This document shows, one piece after another, positions 52,166 through 61,586 of a stretch of 64,000 nucleotides of DNA. The notes under the pieces were generated by a model. That model had not been told where the DNA came from. It saw only the letters and a program-made list of their open reading frames with translations, and made no database searches. Positions within the stretch are counted from its first letter, which is position 1. The number at the start of each line of letters is the position of its first letter. Origin of the DNA: Armatimonadota bacterium (GTDB lineage Bacteria; Armatimonadota; UBA5829; DSUL01); assembly GCA_025998755.1 (NCBI GenBank), contig AP024674.1, positions 1,104,162-1,168,161 on the forward strand, in the 5' to 3' direction. The translations under genes were made by a program, and so were the position numbers.

Positions 52166-52877
52166 GTCTTCCCTCCTTCGGCGGTTTAAGCACCCGGTCC
52201 GACTCAAACGGCGGCACCTCCAGCACTCCGCCTTTCACCTCCGCCTCAAACAGCGTGATGAACGGCCGGTCCGTGGACTCCCCCGGCCGCGAGAGGTCGA
52301 ACACGTCGTAGAGCATCCATCCGATACGCGCATCCACCTGCGCTGGAGGCGGCCCCGTTTCCCCGTGATCCAGAAGACGGAAGAAAGCCGGGAACTCCCT
52401 GCAGCCCAGATAGGGCTGATAGAAGCACTTCCCGCTTCCTGCAATGCGCCGGAACTTCGCCTCCATCTCCACAACACGGTCCTCGAAGCCCGGCCAGGGC
52501 CGCACTTCGGCGTGGATGCGGTAGCGGACGTTCTTGAGCGCCATGGTCTGGCGTTGGGTGTTCGCCTCCTCTCCGGCCCCGGCCAGAATGGTCTGCGGCG
52601 GTGCGCTTCCACTCATCCACTGTCCGATCGTCCGGTCGGTAGGCGCCTTGCACTTGACCTCGTTGCGCCTCAAAGCAATGAACCGCGGCGGCTCAAGCAT
52701 CTCGATCTGCACAATCTGCCAGCGGTATTCGTGCCGGTTGACGCAGATGGCATCGAAGATGCCACGGGCCGCCGACGGCGTGATGACGGGGTAGCTGAAG
52801 CGCTCCACCTTCAACTCAGGACGGGTGAAACAGGCCAGTGCCCCCCAGACTTCAATGGTCTGACGCGATGGCGTCAT
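52158..52877 (-). CDS. cas5: Cas5d (type I-C pre-crRNA endonuclease)
   Basis: GALACFTRPELKVERFSYPVITPSAARGIF, LRRNEV and QPYLGCREFPA. Confidence 0.96.
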   Translation of the reverse strand: MTPSRQTIEVWGALACFTRPELKVERFSYPVITPSAARGIFDAICVNRHEYRWQIVQIEMLEPPRFIALRRNEVKCKAPTDRTIGQWMSGSAPPQTILAGAGEEANTQRQTMALKNVRYRIHAEVRPWPGFEDRVVEMEAKFRRIAGSGKCFYQPYLGCREFPAFFRLLDHGETGPPPAQVDARIGWMLYDVFDLSRPGESTDRPFITLFEAEVKGGVLEVPPFESDRVLKPPKEGRHA

Positions 52878-52890
52878 CTTTCACCTCCCT

Positions 52891-55222
52891 TCAGGCGATC
52901 AGAACCTGCGACTCTGCCGGCACCACCAGACCGAGATCGGTCTCCCGGTCGTAATGGTCCGGTTCCAGATAGATGAACCACTCGCTGGAATCACCTCCCT
53001 TCACCACAGGGCACCGGCTTCAGATACCGCAGGATGGGATCGCGTGGCCGGGGCCTGAACACGGAAACCGAATGTGGTCTGGCCCTCCGCAGCCATTTGG
53101 CGGTCAGGCCGGTCTCTTCCACCTCTGTGCGGAGTCTCTCGAACTCCTTCAGGTCATAGGGGACCAGCACATTGATGGCATCATCCGCTATCAGGCGGAA
53201 TTCTCTAGCCACGGTCTCGAAGTCCTGCCGTTTGATCGCGTCCTGCAGATCGGGGCAATGAGACTCGGGGCGGGAGAGATCGTAGAGCTCTCTAAAATAG
53301 CGCCGGAAAAGCTCCGGGTCATTCAGATCCAGACCATCAGGTCCCAGCCTGTTCAGCAGAGCCTCCGTTACTGCTGCCGCCTGCTGGTAACCTCCAGGCG
53401 GGTAAGCATTGTCCTCGGGCCGGAAGACTTCCACCACACCGCCGTCCCCAAGCAGTCCGTTACGGTTGCAGCGGCCTGCTGCCTGGGCAATGGATTCCAT
53501 TGGTCCCATGGCTCGAAAAACAATGGGGAAATCCAGATCCACGCCGGCTTCCACGCACTGCGTGGAGACCAGACGGCATTCGACTCTGCCGTTTTCCAGA
53601 GCCTGCTGCACCTCCTCGAGCACCTTCTGCCGGTGGGCAGGGCACAGATTGGTGGAAAGATGGCGGGCGTCTGCCGCCCCTGCTTCCCGCAAACGGCGCA
53701 CGAGCTCATAAGCGTGACGCTTGAGATTGACAACACAAAGCACCCGGGGATGCGCCTTGAGCTTGTCGGCCAACTCATCCCAACCAATGGCTGTCTGTCC
53801 GGGCCACCTGACGCGGGTACGCCGCAGTCGGTTGAACAGATTCAAGCGGGAAGGGGTGATCTCGACTGGTTGCCACCCACAGTTTCGGTCCTCCTGGACG
53901 TGTTCAGCCAGTGCCTCAAATGCGGGTTGAGTAGCGGTGGCCATAACAATGCTGGTGTTGTAGCCCGCTGTCAGTCTGGAAAGCGCCTTCAGGCTTGGAA
54001 TGGTCAGCGAGACCGGCAGGGTCTGAACTTCATCGAACAGAACAATGCTGGAAGCGATGCGATGGAGTTTCCGGCAGGCTCCCGGCCGGTTGGAGAATAG
54101 AGACTCCAGGAACTGGACACTCGTGGTGAGGATCACGGGAGCGTCCCAGTTCTCTGCAAGAAGCCGTTCGCGGCGGACCTTCTCGTCGACGGAGTCGGTC
54201 TCCTGCGCTTCCGCGGCGCGCGTCCCCGTCAGGGTATGGTGTTCAATGATATAGCCTTGGCCGAAAACGGGCTCCAGGATGCGCCGGTATACCGAAACAT
54301 TCTGGTCAATGATGCTCAGATAAGGCAACACGAAGATAAGCCTTCTGGACCCGGTACGGATGGCTAGCTTCAAAGCAAATGCCAGCATCGCCAGGGTTTT
54401 GCCGGATCCTGTCGGGGCCGTAAGGGTGAACACTCCTGCCGATGAAGCCCGATCGGCTGCTTCCAGACAGGCTGTCATCAGCTCCGCCCGGGCCCGTAGC
54501 ACCTCCGCATCGGCATTCGTGTTGCTTTGCAGATGCTCCACGTGCTGCAGGACCGCATCCAGCGCTCGTTCGGGCTGCAGGTCAGGCGCGTGTGGCCGTG
54601 CCTGGCCACACTTGAAATGGCGCTCGGTGTCCAGGAAGTCGGCGTCTACCAGGGCCGAAAAGAGCATCCGCACGTCCAGCATTGCGGAGACTGTCTGCTG
54701 GATTGAGCTGCCATAAATCGAAGGCGGTGAATAAGGCGGCAGCAAGCCGGCCGCTGTGAGGCACTCCAGCATCGCCGTTGTATCCGAGACAGACAGACGA
54801 GGCCCCTGCGGATGAGTCTGCTCCCATTTCGTGGGGTCCAGGCGGGCCAACGCATCCTTGCTGATCTCTTTAAGCCCCTGGTGGTGTCCCTGCACGGCTA
54901 CGGCCGCGGCAACACTGCGGAAGCGCTTCAAGGCCGCCCACGCGCCTGGTGACCAGTGATCAACCGCGGCGCTCTGTCCCTGCAGGCGTCGCTGAAAGGG
55001 TTCGCCGAGTTTGCCCGCATCGTGAAGGGCTGCCGCGAGACAAGCCTCTTCACCAGCGTTAAAGACCGAGGCAAACTGTGCCGCAAGCTCCGCAACGCCC
55101 TGGAGATGATCCTTTAGAGGCTGGGCGTGGCCGCAAGGATTCTGGCTGTGTGCGTAGCATTCCTGGAAATCTGTCAGCCCAGGTGTCAACGAGAAACCTC
55201 CTTGCGGGAAAGTTTGCCGCAA
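52891..55222 (-). CDS. cas3: Cas3 HD nuclease-helicase, frameshifted near the C-terminus (ORF stops at 52991)
   Basis: HD (LHDAGK), APTGSGKT, DEVQ, EAGVD and QAAGRCNR. Removing one base at 53009-53011 restores a tail ...GDSSEWFIYLEPDHYDRETDLGLVVPAESQVLIA ending just before the cas5 RBS. Start uncertain. Confidence 0.92.
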
Positions 55223-55305
55223 TGTCTTTTCCTTCCTTCCTGCCTGACTGTGCCCCGGTGCGCCTCTTTTTGGGCGAGTTTACACGTAGACTAACTTCAA
55301 GGGAT

Positions 55306-55341
55306 GTCAAAAACTGTCAGTCTGACAGAATATTTTTTGAC
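55306..55341. promoter_or_regulatory. Nested inverted repeat (candidate operator) upstream of cas3
   Basis: GTCAAAAA-CTGTCAG-T-CTGACAG-AATAT-TTTTTGAC; overlaps a minus-strand TTGACA at 55305-55310. Confidence 0.55.
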
Positions 55342-55815
55342 TATTGAGGCCGCGGGAGCCGTGTACGCGGAAGGAGGGCGGACCACGAAGCCTTACGGGT
55401 AAGGAAGGAAGGCGGCCTTCCCACAGGGAAATTCCCTCACTGGAAAGCAGGCTCGCCGGGTGATGTATCAGCAGAATCACCTGCCGGGAGAGGCCGAGCC
55501 GGACGAACGCTCGTTGCGGAGGGGAGTGGCACGCGTTCGAAGGGTTGCAAACTTCACCTGTTCCAAGCAACGACGGGATGCTGAATGCAGGGAAGAACCT
55601 TTCGCCGGCCATACCGATAACTGGCATTAGAGGCAGGCTGCCCGATGTGGGAGACAGACGGGTGGCGAGATCCAAACGGCGGCGAGCTTGCTGCTCCGAT
55701 AAAACGGCTTGGCTGTTGAATCCTGCGGAATGTCTAAGACAGCCCTGATTAACAGCGTGAGCGGTTATTTAGCGCATCTGCGGAAGGCTATCAAGAGAAA
55801 GGATGGCTCGCCGAA

Positions 55816-56166
55816 GTGATTCGCCAGGAGCAACCGGAGATTTCGCAAAATGTAGGCATCTACTGCACTGCCCACGCCATTCGGCGTTATCGCGAGCGGG
55901 TCAGTCGTGTGCCGCTGACGCCGGAACAGGCCAGGCGCGAAATTGAAGAGGCTATGCGACGGCCGCTGTTCGCCCGCGAGCTTCGACCGTCCGGCCTGGT
56001 GCTTTGGGGATGTCGCAACGCCCATGGATTCTGCTTTACGGCGGCCACGCCTCCTCTGGATCGGCATCCGGGCTGGCTCGTCGTCCAGACGGTCGGGCCG
56101 TGGTGGCACTGGCACGAAGTGAAACGGCTATGGCGCGAGGAACGTCGCCGCGTGAAGCAAAAATGA
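55816..56166 (+). CDS. Small basic protein with T-x-HA-x-x-R-Y-x-ER motif (DUF4258/BECR-like RNase candidate)
   Basis: CTAHAIRRYRERV near the N-terminus and LVVQTV near the C-terminus. Confidence 0.55.
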   Translation: MIRQEQPEISQNVGIYCTAHAIRRYRERVSRVPLTPEQARREIEEAMRRPLFARELRPSGLVLWGCRNAHGFCFTAATPPLDRHPGWLVVQTVGPWWHWHEVKRLWREERRRVKQK

Positions 56167-56325
56167 CGGGGAGGCCGCGGAATAGGAAACTTATCTTCGG
56201 ATGGCTACTGCCACACGCCTGGTTTTGCCAACAGGCATGTTTGCCGGGCTCCAGGCCGGCCGAACTCCTCTCTGTCGAGGGCGCTGTCCCTGAACCGGAA
56301 GAGCCCATCTGCGCCGGGATTGGGA

Positions 56326-56507
56326 TCTGCGCGGATCGGTAGTGAGGGCGTCTCACGAAGGAGGTCCGCGCACGATTTCGGGGCTTTTCACGCTCGGCAG
56401 TAGGAAGAAGCTGCAAAAATCATGGGAGAGGGGAGGAATTGACGGGAGGAGCCGAGAAGTGCCAATTTGAGCTCGGGAAGGGCCTATCGGGGCGCTTCTC
56501 AGGGTGG
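56326..56507 (+). promoter_or_regulatory. CRISPR leader 2
   Basis: Homologous to leader 1 and abuts the first repeat at 56508. Confidence 0.85.
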
Positions 56508-59500
56508 GTTGCACCGGCCTTTCGAGGCCGGTGAGGATTGAAACAGCGACTCCGCAGCGGAGCCTGCAGCCTGCGTTGCACCGGCCTTTCGAGGCCGGTG
56601 AGGATTGAAACCGCCCAGGCCGGCACCTGCGCATGCCGTCTGTTGCACCGGCCTTTCGAGGCCGGTGAGGATTGAAACTCGACCGGCGGTACAATGCCGT
56701 CCGCTACTGTTGCACCGGCCTTTCGAGGCCGGTGAGGATTGAAACTGGCGCTGGTGCCGGGATGCAGTCTACCGAGACTGGTTGCACCGGCCTTTCGAGG
56801 CCGGTGAGGATTGAAACATCGCACCGCCGACCCACCGCCCGGCGGCGTGGTACAGTTGCACCGGCCTTTCGAGGCCGGTGAGGATTGAAACGCCCTACTT
56901 CCCCATCATCGTACGCCCGTAGTCGTTGCACCGGCCTTTCGAGGCCGGTGAGGATTGAAACGTGCAAATTTCGCGCTACCGACACAGGAGTGTTGCACCG
57001 GCCTTTCGAGGCCGGTGAGGATTGAAACCAAACGTGACAGGATATTGCGATGTCGTCACCGCTCGTTGCACCGGCCTTTCGAGGCCGGTGAGGATTGAAA
57101 CATCTATCCGCCCCTGCGGACGGGGAGCACACAGTTGCACCGGCCTTTCGAGGCCGGTGAGGATTGAAACTGACGCAGTATGGGTTAGCGTCAGCCGGGC
57201 TGTAGTGTTGCACCGGCCTTTCGAGGCCGGTGAGGATTGAAACATGCTGCGTCCGCGGATATGTCCGGCGGACCAGTGTCGTTGCACCGGCCTTTCGAGG
57301 CCGGTGAGGATTGAAACCTGCGGCCGCCGCTCATCCGCAGGATGCCGCCACCAGGTTGCACCGGCCTTTCGAGGCCGGTGAGGATTGAAACAGCTTACGG
57401 CCGCGTGGCAACTCGGGCCACGCGTAGTTGCACCGGCCTTTCGAGGCCGGTGAGGATTGAAACCCCTCCAACCTGATCCGCACCTTCCGCGATGCCGGAT
57501 GTTGCACCGGCCTTTCGAGGCCGGTGAGGATTGAAACCTGTAGTCGCCAGCAGCGCCTGGTGGCGTGTAACGCGTTGCACCGGCCTTTCGAGGCCGGTGA
57601 GGATTGAAACCCGTAGGGGGGCCGCGCCACCCTACGGCTGGCAGGTTGCACCGGCCTTTCGAGGCCGGTGAGGATTGAAACATAGCAGGGGGGCGCATTA
57701 AGGCGCGCGATGTGGTAGTTGCACCGGCCTTTCGAGGCCGGTGAGGATTGAAACGTTCCATCCGCCCGTTGAACCGTGAACGTGTGCTGGTTGCACCGGC
57801 CTTTCGAGGCCGGTGAGGATTGAAACCAGAGTACCTCGAGACTTTGGACGAATATTAATACTGCGCGTTGCACCGGCCTTTCGAGGCCGGTGAGGATTGA
57901 AACTCAATGCACGGGCGATCAGTTTCTCGGGCCGCTGCATGTTGCACCGGCCTTTCGAGGCCGGTGAGGATTGAAACACGTCGGCGTTCGCCTGTGGCTG
58001 GCCGCCGGACTGGTTGCACCGGCCTTTCGAGGCCGGTGAGGATTGAAACAGGAAGCTTCCGCAATCCTAAATTCGCGGGCTACGTGGTTGCACCGGCCTT
58101 TCGAGGCCGGTGAGGATTGAAACGCTGCATGCGCTGCTGATGGAGCGGCTGCGGATGAGTTGCACCGGCCTTTCGAGGCCGGTGAGGATTGAAACTAGAA
58201 TTTTTCGGGGAGACGGTCGACCAGACGAAGTTGCACCGGCCTTTCGAGGCCGGTGAGGATTGAAACCCATCCTCCCGCCACGGCTCTTCCGGCCAGTCGT
58301 TGCACCGGCCTTTCGAGGCCGGTGAGGATTGAAACACCGTTTCCGCTTCGTTGAAGCCGTCCATCAGGTGTTGCACCGGCCTTTCGAGGCCGGTGAGGAT
58401 TGAAACATGCCGATACTCGCTCCGCTCGCCTGTCCGGTATGTTGCACCGGCCTTTCGAGGCCGGTGAGGATTGAAACAGTTCTACCATTGGTACTCCTCC
58501 TCTACCGGTCAGGTTGCACCGGCCTTTCGAGGCCGGTGAGGATTGAAACTGGCGGTAATGCGGCGGTGAATGCGTGGCCGACGATGTTGCACCGGCCTTT
58601 CGAGGCCGGTGAGGATTGAAACCTTTGACGTCGGCGCGGATCATCGCCGCCGCGACGTTGCACCGGCCTTTCGAGGCCGGTGAGGATTGAAACCAGCTGG
58701 GAATGGCAGCCGCCAGGCCCAGCCGGTTCGTTGCACCGGCCTTTCGAGGCCGGTGAGGATTGAAACACGCCTCCGGGTTTCGTGGCATCCCCCAATGTGC
58801 GGTTGCACCGGCCTTTCGAGGCCGGTGAGGATTGAAACCTGGATCGCTGGGCGCGGATGGAAACTGGAGTCCGGGGTTGCACCGGCCTTTCGAGGCCGGT
58901 GAGGATTGAAACAGCTTTATCTCGATCGGCGATCATGATTCGACGCAATTGTTGCACCGGCCTTTCGAGGCCGGTGAGGATTGAAACGAGGATTCCACAC
59001 AGAAGGTATAGGTCGTGCGGACCGTTGCACCGGCCTTTCGAGGCCGGTGAGGATTGAAACAGCGCACCGCCTGGAACGGTATGCTGAGGCCATCCCAGTT
59101 GCACCGGCCTTTCGAGGCCGGTGAGGATTGAAACGCGCTGTAGAGCTCGTCCCAGGAGCTCTCCGTCACCTGTTGCACCGGCCTTTCGAGGCCGGTGAGG
59201 ATTGAAACAAGCGAATAGTGTAAAATGTAGCAGCAGACCCACGTTGCACCGGCCTTTCGAGGCCGGTGAGGATTGAAACGCAGTGGGCTTCGACGCGCGC
59301 GCGGATGTAGAGTCCACCGTTGCACCGGCCTTTCGAGGCCGGTGAGGATTGAAACCCTCCCTCCGGAGAAGGGAGTTGACTACCTCCAGGTTGCACCGGC
59401 CTTTCGAGGCCGGTGAGGATTGAAACCGTGCGCCTTGCGGATCGCCGCCTGCGCGCGTTCGTTGCACCGGCCTTTCGAGGCCGGTGAGGATTGAAACTGA

Positions 59501-59714
59501 AGGGCAGGTGAATCCTACTGGGCGGTATGTTGCGTTGCACCGGCCTTTCGAGGCCGGTGAGGATTGAAACTCGAACTGCTGGGCGCGGAAGAGGAGGATG
59601 TCGAGGTTGCACCGGCCTTTCGAGGCCGGTGAGGATTGAAACTTCACCTCCTGTGGCAGTGGCGTGCGGGACGTTTCGTTGCACCGGCCTTTCGAGGCCG
59701 GTGAGGATTGAAAC
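56508..59714 (+). CRISPR. CRISPR array 2: 45 perfect repeats, 44 spacers
   Basis: Same 37-bp repeat as array 1, in the opposite chromosomal orientation. Confidence 0.98.
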
Positions 59715-59809
59715 CGGACTGAAGATCTGACAGAAAAGCAGCATATACCGCTTGGGGATAGGCTGGATTCCTGCTTGATGAGCATTGCCGACAAAGACGG
59801 GGTTTAATT

Positions 59810-60586
59810 GTGGTTAACAACTCCGAACGCGACCCTAAGCACACCGCGGCTAACATGAAAGCACGTACGGTGCTGTACACTGGCATTTTGGCCTGCGTGG
59901 TTCTCATTATTGCACGGCCATTTGTCAAAGAGGTTGCTAAAGTCGAGCCTTACTCGGACAGTATTGCACCGACTTACAGCGCAAAAGGTCCATTACCGGC
60001 CACAACCCGATACGATGTGACCTTCAACTACATTGATACTCCCGTCACGCTCAAAGTCCGGGACGGCTCTGTGGACTTCATGGGCATTAAAAGGCCTGCG
60101 GTCGGAATGACGACTATAAAGAAAATAAAAGCGTATCAACCAGGCAGCTACGATGTTGAATATGTGCTGAATCTGTATGGTGATGGTACAGCCATTGTTC
60201 AGTGCGCAGTGCTTGATAAAAAACTGAAAAAGCTCGACACCTTGCAGGTCATTTTTGGCGTGTTTTCCAACTTTGGCATTTCCGAAGACTATACTGTGGA
60301 CATGAAAGTGGCCGGTGGGCGTCTTACGGCGTGGTATGACGTTGAGCCGAAAGACGCCGAAGTTGATTTGGACGCCCCTCAACCCAAACAGTTTACTGTC
60401 TGCTACCAGTTTGAATACAAGCATAACAACGGCAGCCAGATATCCGCGATTTGCGACATGACAACAGGGATGAACCCGTTTGTTTTGGACAGGCCGTCCA
60501 TCAAATTGTACTGTCAGAGGAATATACCATACCAGCTGGTGCGCTTTTACGAGACACTGGATGTAAAGGAGCTTGTGTATAAGTAA
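59810..60586 (+). CDS. Hypothetical N-terminally anchored or secreted protein in an AT-rich insert
   Basis: 258-aa ORF (ATG 59855 is an alternative start) with a hydrophobic N-terminal helix, a beta-rich body and foreign codon usage. Confidence 0.65.
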   Translation: MVNNSERDPKHTAANMKARTVLYTGILACVVLIIARPFVKEVAKVEPYSDSIAPTYSAKGPLPATTRYDVTFNYIDTPVTLKVRDGSVDFMGIKRPAVGMTTIKKIKAYQPGSYDVEYVLNLYGDGTAIVQCAVLDKKLKKLDTLQVIFGVFSNFGISEDYTVDMKVAGGRLTAWYDVEPKDAEVDLDAPQPKQFTVCYQFEYKHNNGSQISAICDMTTGMNPFVLDRPSIKLYCQRNIPYQLVRFYETLDVKELVYK

Positions 60587-61046
60587 TCCATGCATTTGAG
60601 GTTTTTTAAAAATCGGGGTGCTTTATCAGGAACTGCAAGGTTGGTAACGCTCCTCCTTTTGCTTTCTGCCATTAATATTGCGAGATCACCGGAATTGGCC
60701 AATGACATAGACCCTTTTTAGAGAAAGAAATCCGTATGGCATTGGATTCATCAAGACATCAGGCAGAATTGGATGCTGTCTGTGCTGTGCAGCATCCATG
60801 ATAACGGATCTAATGCAACCTTACCCTGAGGGGTTTGTGGCAACCCCTGATGTCTTGAAATGCTGGCTGGTGGAAGGCAGGGCATACGCAAGTAAAACTC
60901 TTGTTGACCACAATGCAGTGTGCTTTGAGGTAAAGAAGCGTCTGGCTTTTTCAGGAGCTCCTTTCAGAGTGGCTTAGCGCTGTAACCTGGGTGTAAGTGC
61001 TGGCATATTCTTCGTAGTCAAATCGCCGCGGCAGGCGTATTGTATC

Positions 61047-61083
61047 GTTGCACCTGCCTTTGGAGGCCGGTGAGGATTGACAG
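61047..61083 (+). CRISPR. Isolated degenerate terminal repeat of array 2
   Basis: GTTGCACCTGCCTTTGGAGGCCGGTGAGGATTGACAG has 4 mismatches to the consensus and the same orientation as array 2. Confidence 0.9.
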
Positions 61084-61254
61084 TCAAATGGCCGCCCTGG
61101 CCTGGGAGGCCACCGGGGCGAGCGCCAGGTGGCGTTACGCAGCCGGGCTGGGATAGCGAATCCTTTGGGGCGTCTGGGGATACTGCAGGGGGAGAAGGAA
61201 AAACCCGAGAACGCCACGGAGAAGGTGGTATAATGCGTACGGAGGGCCACAAAA

Positions 61255-61488
61255 ATGAAGATGACTCCAAGGGAACAGACGGTTCTGCAGCATCTGAGGC
61301 GGAATTGCCCGAAGATGTACAAGGAGATGAAACAGGACGGGAGTCTGATGGAGTTCGTCCGGGAGAGGGCGAGGATAATGGACGAGACGAAGGAGACTCT
61401 GATAAAACAGGGTCTGGAACCGGCGTGGGCGGAGGAAGCGATACTGGAGGAACTTCTTCCGCGGACGGAGTGCTATCCACTTCCGTAG
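61255..61488 (+). CDS. TnpV-like small protein
   Basis: HLRRNCPKMYKEMKQDGSL...AEEAILEELL resembles the TnpV pattern. It has its own TGG-TATAAT (61226-61234) and GGAGG RBS. Confidence 0.6.
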   Translation: MKMTPREQTVLQHLRRNCPKMYKEMKQDGSLMEFVRERARIMDETKETLIKQGLEPAWAEEAILEELLPRTECYPLP

Positions 61489-61586
61489 ACTCCGAGAAAA
61501 TCAAGCCCAAGACAAACACCCCCGGCGCACTGCCCGGGGGTGTTTCGCCTTCGGACCAAAACGTCCGGTCGCAGGAGCTACCCACA

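Noticed and set aside
55342-55815. Possible CreA-like mini-array or degenerate repeat (GTTGC...TTGCAAAC near 55513-55552)
   Set aside because: No hairpin or real similarity to the 37-bp repeat and no second copy.
44983-59714. Self-targeting spacers within the window
   Set aside because: No match to window genes was noticed by eye; an exhaustive alignment was not possible.
56353-59794. Long minus-strand ORFs across array 2 (up to 430 aa)
   Set aside because: Same repeat-translation artefact.
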